From the NCBI GenBank assembly GCA_964016885.1, contig OZ024742.1, positions 114,328,001 through 114,392,000 on the forward strand: 64,000 nt of DNA. The letters are read 5' to 3'. Positions 1-11,900 of this stretch are shown here, piece after piece. How positions within the stretch are numbered: the first letter of the stretch is position 1; each line of letters opens with the position of its first letter. A program made the translations under genes and the position numbers. The notes beneath the pieces are model-generated. The model was not told where the DNA came from. It did not search any database and was given only the letters and a program-made list of their open reading frames with translations. Source of the DNA: Eledone cirrhosa (Eukaryota).

Positions 1-199
1 AGCCCCTAATGAAAAAAACACCAGTAGGATATTGCTTGAGATCTAAAAATAATGCCAAATAGACATGAAGATTGAAGCAACCGAAGCCCAACAGCACCGG
101 AATGTAACCCCTTTTTTCAACACTTTTGGCAAACATGTGAACATAAGAAATTGTTTTAGTAGCAATAGTAGTAACAGCATAAGCAGCAAGAATATTATT

Positions 200-281
200 A
201 TTATTATTTGTGTGTCTTTGTATTGTACCCGACATGTCGGCTCGTGTGGCCAATAAATGAAATCATTATTGTTATTATTAT
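200..281 (+). mobile_element. 3' terminus of a Tx1-like LINE ending in an (ATT)n tail
   Basis: 'ttgtattgtacccgacatgtcggctcgtgtggccaataaatgaaatcattatt' matches the 3' end of the element at about 5052-5118. Confidence 0.75.
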
Positions 282-283
282 TG

Positions 284-483
284 AAGGCGGTGGATTGGCA
301 GTATCGATAGAGGGTCGGAGGTCTTGCTTTGACGCATAGCGTTACGGCCCTTTCCATTCTGAGTTCAAATCCCGCCCAGGTCAACTTCGTCTTTCATCCT
401 TACGGGGTCGATAAAATAAAGTACCAGTAATGTACTGGAAAATTGCTGGCCTTGTGCCAAATGTAGAAACAATTATTATTATT
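284..483 (+). mobile_element. tRNA-derived SINE (octopus-type)
   Basis: A-box-like TGGCAGTATCG and B-box GAGTTCAAATCC, core 'tttcatccttacggggtcgataaaataaagtaccagt', ATT tail; homologous copies at 10591-10945. Confidence 0.8.
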
Positions 484-492
484 AGTAGTATT

Positions 493-3400
493 GGGTCTGA
501 ACGGGCGTCTTTTTGCTCGCTCTCGTAAGTTTAATTATTTACCTATCAAAACTTATTTATTGAATGTTGTGTTGTCGTGTAAGGCATACAAGCCCTTGGA
601 CTTTTCCCTGTGAAGGGGAAAGTATAACATTTAGGCCATTTGGCCCAAATATTTGAACTTTTTTACATTTTAATAAATTATCGAAAATAAAATAAAAACG
701 TGGCTGAGCCAGGCCCCCCAGCGGTATGTCTGCGACAACGACGTAAATGTTAACGGACATTGAAACAACAAACACAACCACACACAATGTGAACAAAGAC
801 AGCAATGATAACAACACTGAGACCTCTAATTTTGAAAAAAATGAGAGTAACAGCGACAACCAAGATACAGATAACAGAACAAATGCAACAACAATATCAA
901 CACCACTAACATGAAAACAAATAGCGACAACGCCAACGGTAACAACACGAACTGAAACGAGAACAACGGCGGCACCAAATAGAGTGATAACAACAACAAC
1001 ACCAACAAGAACAACGACAACAACAACAAGGCCACCAACGACAAGAAGAACACTTTCGCTGCGGCAGCAGCCAAAAAGAGGCCATGCTTCAACATGCTTC
1101 AACAAACAAAGATGAAAAGTTGGCCAAGGCCCTCGTAGCACGAAGTGAAGATATACAAAAAGAAGGGGACATTTTTAAATCAAGCACATTTCGCGTGCCG
1201 GAGATTTGTTTCTGGGGAGAATGTGGCTCGATATATACAAAGAGATACGAGACAGCTCTCCTCAAGACGTGGGTACCCTGAACGTAAAACCCACATCAAT
1301 GCTTTTAAAGAAGTTCCCAAAATATAGCCCACCAACTATGGAGGTCGAAACACTTGACCTTAAGAAGAGCCAGGAAGGTAAGTAAACCTTTCCTCTCTCT
1401 ATTTAGCCTACCAACATGTCCGTATTAAGAGTAGGAAGTTTAAATGTTCGAGGCCCAGGATCTTCATGAAAGCAGGGTAACCTGCTCAACGACCCCTGGC
1501 CTTAGAAATGGATGTAATTGCCGTCAACAGGACCAGTATTTCCGACACGCGCGCATTTGCCCCCATTTTCGACGACTATCAGATATTTGCATCGGTTAGT
1601 TGGTCGGGAATGGGTGGTGGGGTGGCAGTAATATTTAGGAAATGCCTGGATATCGAGGTAAGGTCGATCTTCCGTGAGCTATACGGGTGGTTGGTGGTCA
1701 CGGACTTAAACAGTAACGAAGGTGTTGCCTTTAGACTGGTGGCCGTCTACGCCCCTACTGGGGCAGGACGGCCGGACTTCTTTAGAGGCCTGGAAGCCTT
1801 TCTGGCTACGTCTCGCCCTTTACTGTTAGCGGGGGACTGGAACGGCTTTTTAGACGCACGCTGGGAATGTGTGGGAGTATCTGATAGGAGCGGGGGGTGC
1901 AAAAGTCTCAAGAACCTGATCAACCAGTTCCAACTCTCTGACAGGTACCGAATAGATTTCCCTAATGAGCCAGTGTGTACCTGGAATAACCGCATAGGGT
2001 CATCTAGATCGTATATAGACAGGATATTCATTAGGAAAATCGACAGAAATAGTGTAAGCTGTCCACGTTTTATAACGGTCGCCTATTCAGATCACAAGTT
2101 TGTGATCTGTATGGTCGACCTAGATAAGACGTGTAGTTTAGTACCTGGTTACTGGAATCACAACATGTCATTTCTTGCACGTAAGGCTTACAGAGACCAT
2201 GTCAACAATTTAGTTAAGAAAAGGTTGACAGTGGAAGTCGTCAACAATAGATGGTGGGGGGCTCTCAAAGGATAGATTAGAGTAATGTCGATAGAATTTA
2301 GAAAAGAAGTAGCGTTAGAGAAAGATAAAAATAGTTGGCAGATAAGTTAGACTGGGCTAGTTGTAGTGGCATTGCTACTGACGTGCGAGCGGCGAGAATG
2401 GCATTAGACCATTTCTTCAATACGAAACACGAAGGCTGCATTTTCAGAGCTAAGGCACGTTCTCCGAGAAACAAGGAAACCAAAGATGTTCGATGGGCCC
2501 TCGTGGCAGAGGCGCAGCGTGGTAATAACATCACGATTCGGTCTTTGACGGACGGAGATAGACTCGAGCTGAGCGATTCCAAGCGGATGTATGAGGCTTT
2601 TCGCCAACATTTAGCTCGGTCGTTCGGGGGAAGTGGCGGGTCAGAGGCGGTGGTGGATTCAGTCCATAGCTCGAAGGCTTGTCGCAACTCTCAACGGCCG
2701 ACGCTAGGCTCTACGAAAGGCCGATTACTTCAGCCGAGATTCAGGATGACCTTGTCGGCTGCATGAGGCGCAATTCACTCGGTTTGGATGGTCTGCCCTA
2801 TGAGATTTACGTAAGTATGCCAGACTTATTATCCAATCTTCTCGAAGCGCTCTAGTGCAACTGGCAGCAGAACGGAACCATTCCCAGTTATGTGAGCCGG
2901 GGGCGTAGTGACGCTGATAAGGAAGGACGAGAACAAGCGGGACACATTAGATAATTTCAGGCCCATAAATCTGCTCAACACATATTTTAAGATTTGGCCA
3001 GGTGTTAGCGAAGAGGTTGGCGCTTGTCGTCGGGGATTTGGTTGGGGAGGCGCAAACTTGCGCAATCCCAAACAGGTCCATACACGACAACCTCCATATG
3101 ATGCGATACATCATAGAGAGGGTTGGGGGTAAACCAGGCTTCGGTAGGGCTCTGATCAATTTAGATCAATTGAAAGCATTCGATACGGTCGACCATCGGA
3201 ACCAGGAGGCTGTCCACAAAACGCTGGTTCGCTGGATCGCTGCAATGTACAGCGGCACATGCTCGGTGGTCAAAATTAATGGCCACCTCTCGGAAACGTT
3301 TCAGGTATCCCGATTGGTCCATCAAAGGTGTCCTCTCTCCTCCCTTCTGTACGTATTGACACTCGAGCCTTTACTGCGGAAGCTGGAGCTGTTGCGGGGC

Positions 3401-5118
3401 CGCTCGCTCGAACCAGGACACGGAAAGGCTGTGTCGGCTTATGCGGACGACATCACCGTGATGGTGTCGGACCCCTCAGAAATCGAGGTGGTCGGCAACT
3501 TATTGGAGGAATGTGAAAGTTTGACGGGAGAAAAACTTAACCCGGAAAAGTTGGTGGGCTTGAAACCCGGCACCTGCAGAGGCAAGTCCATGCCGTCCAA
3601 CAGCGTCGCTAGGCGCTGGACGGACGGACCGCTAAAGTTGCTAGGGTTTGGGTTCGGGCCAGACCTCCAGGTGGATGATAATTGGGACGAGGTGACGAGC
3701 AGGGTAGCCAGTCTCACCCAGAAATGGGCTGGGAAGAAGCTCTCACTGAAAGGTCGGGCGGAGGTGTCGAACACGTACATCGCGTCCGTCATCTACTACC
3801 GTCTGACCGTCGTCCCTTACCCCCATTCGCGCCTCGCCATCTTGGAGAGGCTCCTCATCAAATTATTGTGGAGGGGTCAGGTTCCGTTGGCGAGGCGATC
3901 CATCTGCTGCCAGCACCCTCTACGTGGAGGGCTGGGCATGCCGTGGCTAATGATGCGCAGAGACGCGCTGAGGCTGCGGAATCTCCAGATATTCTGCCTA
4001 AACGGTGAACAGGTGTGGTCGCCGTTGTCAGACGAGCCTTTCCGCAGCACGTCCCTTTGAGTGAGCTGCAGTCCTTGGTCAAAACGAGACAGATACTGGG
4101 TGACTGGCATCTAGAATGTTGCCAGGCACTCACTGCCCTCTACCAGGCGGGCAATGCGGTCAGTGGAACTTCCACTCTTGAGTTCTATAGAAGATTAGTT
4201 GTGGGCAAGTGCGACGACGCACTCGGAGAGGCTCTGGGAGTCAACGAAGTCGAACTAACCAGTCTGTACCGGAGGACTTTCGAGCCGGGGACGATGGATA
4301 ATTTCCCAAAATTCCTTGCTCGTCAGTGCTACCGGGGGGCACTACCGGTTCGAGATAAACTCTACAGGCACCGAAGTGCTGTCAGACGGACCTGCCCGAG
4401 ATGCGCGCAGAGCGACGAAACCGTTCTGCACGCACTCGTCCAGTGTCCGTGCATTACTGACTTGTGGAGTTATGTTGAACAGCTGTCGTAGCGTGTAGAA
4501 CGGATCCGGCTATCGGCCGAGTCCATAGTGAAATTCGACTGCCGCCTTCTTTTGGCCAGGAAGGGCAGGCAATTTTCCTCTGTCTGGTGGCAGTAGCGAA
4601 AGAGAATGTATGGTGGGCGAGGTTGAAAAGACTGAGGGCAGACACTTTTCTCTTCGGCCAATCCCTCATCAACTTTTTCAAGTTTCACTTGGAAAGGAAG
4701 GTGAGGGTGGAGAGACGTGTGATGCCCCCCCCCCCCCCCCAGTACATTTGCTGAAAGGTGGGTGAATGTGGCGAGAATGGCCCGTGTGAGTGAGCCTATT
4801 CTTTTCATGCGGTTGTAGGTAGGTAAATTTGAGGAGGAGAGGGGTGCCCTCCAGGGTGCTCTCGAAGCGTCGCGTCGTTCAGGACTGGTGGGGTACCTAC
4901 GCGAACCCTATGTGGTCATCCCCCCATTGGGGAATTTTTTTTTTCTTGTAATTTTCTTGTTACTTTAATGTTACTTTGTTCTTGTTACTATTGTTATTGT
5001 GATTCATATTGTTTATTCGATTTTTATGTAAAGCCCCACTGTCCCAGTCTTTTGTATTGTCCCCTATATGTCGGCCCTTGTGGCCAATAAATGAAATGAT
5101 TATTATTATTATTATTAT
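493..5118 (+). mobile_element. Tx1/L1-clade non-LTR retrotransposon, near full length, decayed, ORF1 internally deleted
   Basis: 5' end matches the reverse complement of 57540-57594; N/T-rich ORF1 start; APE-RT-CCHC ORF2; AATAAA then (ATT)n tail. Confidence 0.92.
1416..4818 (+). pseudogene. Tx1 ORF2 (APE endonuclease, reverse transcriptase, C-terminal zinc knuckle), frameshifted
   Basis: Motifs LAGDWN, IDRIF, SDH; FRPINLLN, LDQLKAFD, YADD; CPRC...ETVLHALVQC across ORFs 1508-2275, 3002-4060 and 4015-4491. Confidence 0.92.
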
Positions 5119-5334
5119 TGGTTGGTGAAGCCACGCTTCTTATCGCCTCCAGTCTTTTTCAACGTTTTACCTCTTTTTCAACCGTTCTAAACCTGTTATT
5201 CAAGTTTTAAATTTGATAAAAGTTTAGAAGAAGTGACCCACCTAATAGAGGGGTTGACTAGTAAATAATACGGCACCCCTTTACGGGGTGTCGTATTCGT
5301 ATTTGTGTAAAAATATATTTTGAAAAATGTCAAC

Positions 5335-7364
5335 ATGGATAACACAAAAAAGAGAGAGAGCGCTGTCAGACAATACAGAGAGAGGGAGACTTTATCAGCA
5401 TGTCAACAAGACAGCGTTCCAGCGGAGGTAAATATAAACGAAAATATTACAAAGGAAAAAAAGATTGTTACAGATTTAAAATTAACAAATATTTCTAACA
5501 CAAACAACACCAACAATAACACCAACAACATCACCAACAACAACACCAAAAATAAAAGCGGTAAAGTCGAGAACGACAATAACAAAAATAACAGCGGTAA
5601 GGTCGAAAACGACAATAACAAAAATAACAGCGGTAAGGTCGAGAACGACAATAACAATGGCAATAACAACAATAATAGTAGGAACAGTATCAACAAAAAC
5701 AACAATAATAACAACAGCCACAATAACAGTAACAGCAGCAACAGTAGCAACGAAAACAACACCAACAACTGTACCAGCGAAAAGAACAACAATGACACGA
5801 TACCTGTAATAGCGACCTCAGCACCACCAGTAAGACCAGTAGCGGCAGCAATAGTGGTGCTGCTGAAAAAGGGACCACTTCTTTTGCAGGTGTCGCCCAA
5901 AATATCGAGACAGTGTTAGTCACAGAGGAGGAGATGGCAGTCGCAAGGGCCATGGTGGCAAGAAGCGCAAATAGAGTTTCCCTGAAACCGCCACCCGAAT
6001 TTTTCAAGGATCAGCAGCTACGAACGGTGACTTACGGTACCGTAAGCAAAATCTCACGTCGAGTGGAGAGAGCCACGGAGGCTCAAATCCAAAAGGCCTT
6101 GGGGTGCGTCTGGGCACGCAAAACCCACATCACCCGAGGCAGAAAGCACGCCACAGTAGACGTACTTTTCGCCACCCCCCAGCAAAGTCTCACTCTTTGG
6201 AAACCCTAAAGAGTGAGGAGTTAGTCTTGGTGCCCTCCTACTGCAGGAAGAAAATGGTGAGGGTCAAAGTGACCCAGGTCCCACCCGACGTGCCCTTACC
6301 TTGGCTAGCCGCGTCTGTCCTTGCTGGAATTGAGAACAGGGCGACCATGCTGCAAGTAGACAAAATAGGGAGAGAGAACTGGTCAGGTATAGGCATGCAC
6401 ATGCTTATACAAACTGAGCAGGAATGTATCGAGGCTATGCCCGATATCATAGACTTTGAGGAAGGACTCCAACTCCCTATAAGTGTAGAAGGAAGACGGC
6501 CAAAATGTTATCTCTGTGCGTCGAAAGGTCACCTCAGGGCCTTTTGCCCGCAGAAGACACCGAAGAGGGCCCCTCTCCTTCCAATACCTGGTCCGCTGCT
6601 GCCAAGAGCAGGACAGGCAACAAACGAAGAAGCTCCTTCCACGGTGAGTAGGAGGGCAACGTCCGTAGCATCCGTACCAAGGCCACGGATAACTAAAGCA
6701 GCATCATCAGTAGCGGCAACACCAATAGCTACATTTGAAATAGCTACACCAGCAACAACATTGCCGAAGAGGGCTCCACTACCACCACCAACAGCCGTGG
6801 AGCACATACCCCTCCCAGACGCCACAGAATCCGACATGGAGTTTGAGGCGGGAGTGACGTGGCAAGCAGTCTGCCACAAAAACAAAAAAGAAAAAAAAAC
6901 CTTAGATTCACCCTCCAAAAGCGAAGGCATACAAAGAGGGGTAAAGGTAGCAAGGAAACTTGCAGCAACACCACCACAAACACCAACAACGCAAACTCAA
7001 CAAGACACACACACCAAACAGCAACAAGAAGAAAACGGCAACAAAATCACCCCTCCCCCAAAAAAGTACACAGCCATAAACATAGCAAAAAAAAGAACTC
7101 ATAAAATATATAAAGCAGCACACAGACATCACGGAAAAAAATTACTACACCCCACCAACACCAAGAACTCTCCCGTCAAACATAAGCATCATCGAAATCT
7201 CATTAGAACAATACAAACCTTTAAAACAAAAATTCCCCAACGCAGTTGGAGACTTCAGAGGGACGGTTACCAAGAGGATATACACTGACATCCTCTTGGA
7301 AACACCCATGACCAGCGAAAGGGAAGGTTCTACTGTCCCTTCACCACACGAACAAGGTAAGTGA
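5335..7364 (+). pseudogene. Tx1 ORF1 (Asn-rich N-terminus, CCHC zinc knuckle), frameshifted
   Basis: Asn-rich ORF 5320-5919; CYLCASKGHLRAFC knuckle in ORF 6104-7288. Confidence 0.82.
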
Positions 7365-7396
7365 CCCTTTCTCATTTGCCCCGTATCTCATCCAAC

Positions 7397-9837
7397 ATGG
7401 CTGTACTCAGAATAGGAAGTATAAATGCACGTGGCCTGGGGTCATCTTGGAAGCAGGGTCACCTGCTCAATGACCTCAGGTCACTAAACATAGATGTGGT
7501 GGCCATCAGTGAAACCAGAATCTCCGAGGCACTGGCCTTCGCACCGATCTTCGGCGGCTACGATGTATACGCATCTCCCAGCCGTCCAGGATCGCGGCGT
7601 GGGGTTGCCGTCCTTTTTCGGAGAGGCTTGGATCTCGCGATACGGGCCATCTTCCTACACCCAGAAGGTAAGTCGGTGGTGCTGGACGTGACCGGCAGCG
7701 AAGGCAATGCTTTCAGGCTAGTAGCCGTCTACGCCACAACAGGGGCAGGACGGCCAGATTTCTTCAGACGTCTAGAGACCTTTCTTGGAACGTCCCGCTC
7801 TTTAGTGTTAGTGGGCGACTGGAACGGTATCTTGGATGCACGCTGGGATCGTGTGGGGCTAGAGGATAGGGGAGGACGGTGCAAGAGCCTCACCAACCTG
7901 CTCAGACGTTTTGATCTGTCTGACAGGTATCGACTGGATCACCCGAATGTGCCAATGTGGACATGGACAAACCGCATCGGGTCATCCAGATCGTATCTAG
8001 ATAGTGTATTCTGCATGGAACTAGATAAGGCTAGTATAAGTTGTCCACAATTTAAAATAGTCGACTACACAGACCACACATTTGTGATCTGTTAGATCGA
8101 TATAGACAGACTTCATAGACAAGGGGCTGGTTACCGGAAGCTGAAGGCGTCTTTCCCGGCGTGCAAGGCCTACAGAGACCGGATTAGCGTATTAGTTAAG
8201 CGGACGTTGACGGGAGCGGTCGTCAACAACAGGTGGTGGATCTCCCTGAAAAGAGCAATTAAAGTAGAGTCGATTAGGTTTAGCAAAGGAGTAGTGATAG
8301 AGGAAAATAGAGTAGAAGGAGAGCTAGTAAGAAAGCTAGAAGAGGCGTTTAGGACAGGCATCGCAACCGACGTGCTTGCGGCGAGATTGGCACTCGACCA
8401 ATTCTTCAACGCAAAACACGAAGGCTTCGTTGTCAGAGCTAGAGCGCGTGCTCTGAAACACGAGGGGACAAAAGCCGTCCAATGGGCCCGGGTGGCAGAG
8501 GCGCGACGTGGAAATAAAGCCACAATTCGGTCTTTGTCTGACCAAAACGGGTGCGTGATGCTCGAAATCGAGCGGATGTGTGAAGCTTTTCAGCAGCACT
8601 TTGCTGAACTGTTCGGGAGCGGCGGCGGCCCGGATCGGGATATGGACTTCAGTGCATACCTCGACGGACTGCCTCGGCTCTCGACGACCGCAGCACAGTG
8701 TTGCGAAAAGCCAATAACAGCCGGTGAAATACGGCAAGCGATTGCTAACTGCACAAGAAGTAAATCGCCAGGTTTAGATCGTCTGCCCTACGAGCTTTAT
8801 GCATTTATGCCAGACTTGTTCGGTGACCTCTTGGCAGACGTCTACTGCAACTGGCAGCAGAACGGGAGCATTCCCAGTTTTGTGAGCCGGGGAGCAGTGG
8901 GGCTGCTGAGAAAAGACCGAACAAGGGGGATGTTATTGATAATTCCAGGCCCATAACTCTGCTAAACGCAGAGTTCAAGATTTTGGCCAAGGTGTTAGCA
9001 ACGAGGTTGGCGCTTGTCGTTAAGGGTCTGGTGGGAGAGGCGCAGACATGCACCATCCCGGACAGATCCATACACGGCAACCTCCACCTCATGCGATACA
9101 TCGTAGAAAGGGTGGTTAAGGAACCTGGCAAGGGTGGGGCCCTCATCAACTTGGATCAATCCAAACATTCGATAGGGTCGACCATCGGGACCTGGTGGCG
9201 GCCCATTTTCAGGCGTTGGATCGCAGCAATGTACAGCGACATCTGCTCAGCTGTGAGGGTGAACGGTCACCTGTCGCCGCCGTTCAGCACCATGCGCTCA
9301 CTCCACCAGGGTTGACCCCTCTCGTCCCTCTTGTACGTATTGGCTCTCGAGCCGTTACTGCACAAACTGGGAGCGATGGGGGGCGTCCCACGCGAACTAG
9401 GATGCGGGTAATCCGAGTCGGCTTACGCTGACGACGTCACCGTGGTGGTGTCGAGCACCAGACACGCCCAGATGCTCGGCACCGCTCTCGAGGAATACGA
9501 AACGGTGACAGAAGCAAAGATAAACTAGAAAAAGTCGGTGGGCTTGCAGCTAGGCACCTGGAGAGGCAATTCCATGCCGTCCGACAGCGTCGTGGGGTGT
9601 TCGACGGACGGACCGGTTAAATTGCTCGGGGTCTAGTTCGAACCGGAAGTCCATATGGAGAAAAACTGGAACGAGGTGATGAGCAGGGTGGCCTCCCTCG
9701 CACAGAAATGGGCTGAGAGGAAGCTGTTCCTGAAAGGCCAGGCAGAAGTGGCGAATGCGTACATCGCATCCGTCTCAGCTACCGCCTCACCGTCGTCCCT
9801 TGCTCCAGCCCAACTCTCACCAAAATGGAGCGCCTCC

Positions 9838-9838
<1 letters not shown>
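7397..9838 (+). pseudogene. Tx1 ORF2 APE-RT, disrupted
   Basis: GSINARGL, ISET, VGDWN, YLDSVF, TDH; KSPGLD; LDQSK; YADD near 9424. Confidence 0.9.
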
Positions 9839-9885
<47 letters not shown>

Positions 9886-9888
9886 CAA

Positions 9889-9933
<45 letters not shown>
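9838..9933. repeat. (TAG)n microsatellite
   Basis: Near-perfect TAG repeats. Confidence 0.97.
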
Positions 9934-9935
<2 letters not shown>

Positions 9936-10590
9936 AGACAGGAACTAAACATTCGACAGAATTTAATTTGGTACTCTTCTGTTTCTGGTTCTCACCCCCT
10001 TCAGTTGTCATAGAAATTTATCGAGAAAAATCTTTGTCTTTAACGTTTTTTTTCACCTAAACATTTTATTATTATTTTTATTATTTTAACGTCATAAACC
10101 ATTTACATAATAATAACAAAAACAAACCAGAAATACTTTTTTCCCTCTACATTAAAGAGATTATTATTGATGTAGCCATTTTTACATTTTTCTCTTTTAT
10201 CCATCATTTCTATAGAAGCATCTTTTTATTGCATTACAGTGATATCTTGTATAAATCCATTTCAATACACAAGTTAATAAAGTCTGCAGCATCAAAAACA
10301 AAAACAAAGCAACAACAACTACACCAAGAAAAACAGCCACGACTAATACAAAAGCGTCGTATAAACAACGACAAAAGCAACATATGCAATAACATCAACA
10401 AGCAGACGGGGACAACAAATATATTCTAGCTTAAACTTTCGAATCAAACATGTTCTTTTAAGACAACACAATGTAAAACTTGCAATAAAGTTAAAAGATC
10501 TGGATGAAAATTCAGCGGAGGGATGTATCTTACAGGATGTATGTGTTGGTAAGTGCGGTGTCTGGTCCTTAAATGACCTTATTATAATAT

Positions 10591-10945
10591 TGAATTGGCA
10601 GTATCGGTAGAGGGTCGGACGCCATGCTTTCCAGCATAGTTACGTCCCTTTACGATCTGAGTTCAAATCCTGCCGAGGTTGACTTTGCCTTTCATCCTTA
10701 CGGGGTCGATAAAATAAAGTACCAGTAATGCACTGGGTAATTGCTGGCCTTGTGCCTAAAGTAGAAACAATTATAATATAGCAGGACGCCATGTTTTCCA
10801 GCATAGTTACGTCCCTTTACGATCTGAGTTCAATTCCGCCGAGGTTGACTTTGCCTTTCATCCTTACGGGGTCGATAAAACAAAGTACCAGTAATGAACT
10901 GGGTAATTGCTGGCCTTGTCCCTAAAGTAGAAACAATTATAATAT
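10591..10945 (+). mobile_element. SINE with a tandem partial duplication
   Basis: Same family as 284-483; about 10616-10775 is repeated at about 10784-10945. Confidence 0.8.
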
Positions 10946-11440
10946 AGCAGGAGGAAGTATCTTACATGTTGTAGGTATGTGTATGTGAGTATGTACCGTA
11001 GACGGACAGACTGAAATATAATACGTCAGAAACGACGAAGAAATCAAGTATTAAAGAAAAGAAATATGTAGCTAGTTGAATTTAAAATCCAGAGCCATTT
11101 GCTCTGTAGCTTTGTTTTAGTACTTTGTTTTTCGGGAAAGATATTTTCATGTCCATGCTATCTTCCATGCTTTTGATAATATTGCGAGTGATATACATGT
11201 ATACGCTCATGTTATGCATAGGGTAGTTGGTGTCAATGTGAAATTCACTAACGGAGGTAGAGGTTTCCATGATTTTTTTTAAAAATGGAAAACGGATAAA
11301 GTCTTCCACGCAAAGAATCCGGACATCAGAGAGCCAGAAATATGTACAACGTCCACCAAATTCCACCACTCCACTAACCTGGACAAAAGATGTATTGCGT
11401 GGTTATGGAAATGATAACAAAAACATCTAATCCTAGAGAA

Positions 11441-11900
11441 GGCAAAGCTAGAAAGAATACCGTAGCACATTTACGATATTCTGACAACTCTATTTTCCTC
11501 ACCAGACTTCCACTGCCTAGATCTCGTAGTACCCTCCGATCCTTGTCCACCTATCACAGCACTAAACAGATTGATGAACCGCTGTTGACAGGAGGGACAA
11601 GTTCCCATCGGATTGCAACATGGAATCATCGTTAAACTGCCGAAGAAGGGGATTCTAACAGATTGTAACAAGTGGTGAGTCATCACACTGCTATCGGTCC
11701 CGGGCAAAGTGTTCAGCACAGATTTCCTACGAAGGCTACAAGGTGTAGACTCGAAGCTCATATAATAACAAGCGTGTCTCTGAAGCAAGCGCCCATGAGC
11801 TGAACAGACCATTATACTGCCCAATATCATTGAGTGGTGCATCGAGCTACAAACACCGCTGGTGATCAACTTCATAGACTACAAAAATCATTTGACAGCA
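11441..11900 (+). pseudogene. RTE-clade LINE reverse transcriptase fragment
   Basis: Frames read IVKLPKKG...ITLLSVPGKVF...IIEWCIE...LVINFIDYK. Confidence 0.75.

Larger units (their letters stand above)
5119..9838 (+). mobile_element. Tx1/L1-clade LINE (second family), 3'-truncated at a (TAG)n tract
   Basis: Starts right after the ATT tail of the previous element; ORF1 and ORF2 present; RT thumb region runs into (TAG)n. Confidence 0.9.

Noticed and set aside
557-1141. Long hydrophobic antisense ORFs (also 5403-5900, 51566-52111, 55533-56075)
   Set aside because: Reverse-strand shadows of N/T/P-rich ORF1 sequence
1378-1406. 29-nt GT-AG micro-intron fusing ORF1 to ORF2
   Set aside because: Too short for typical metazoan splicing, and removal leaves the ORF2 ATG out of frame
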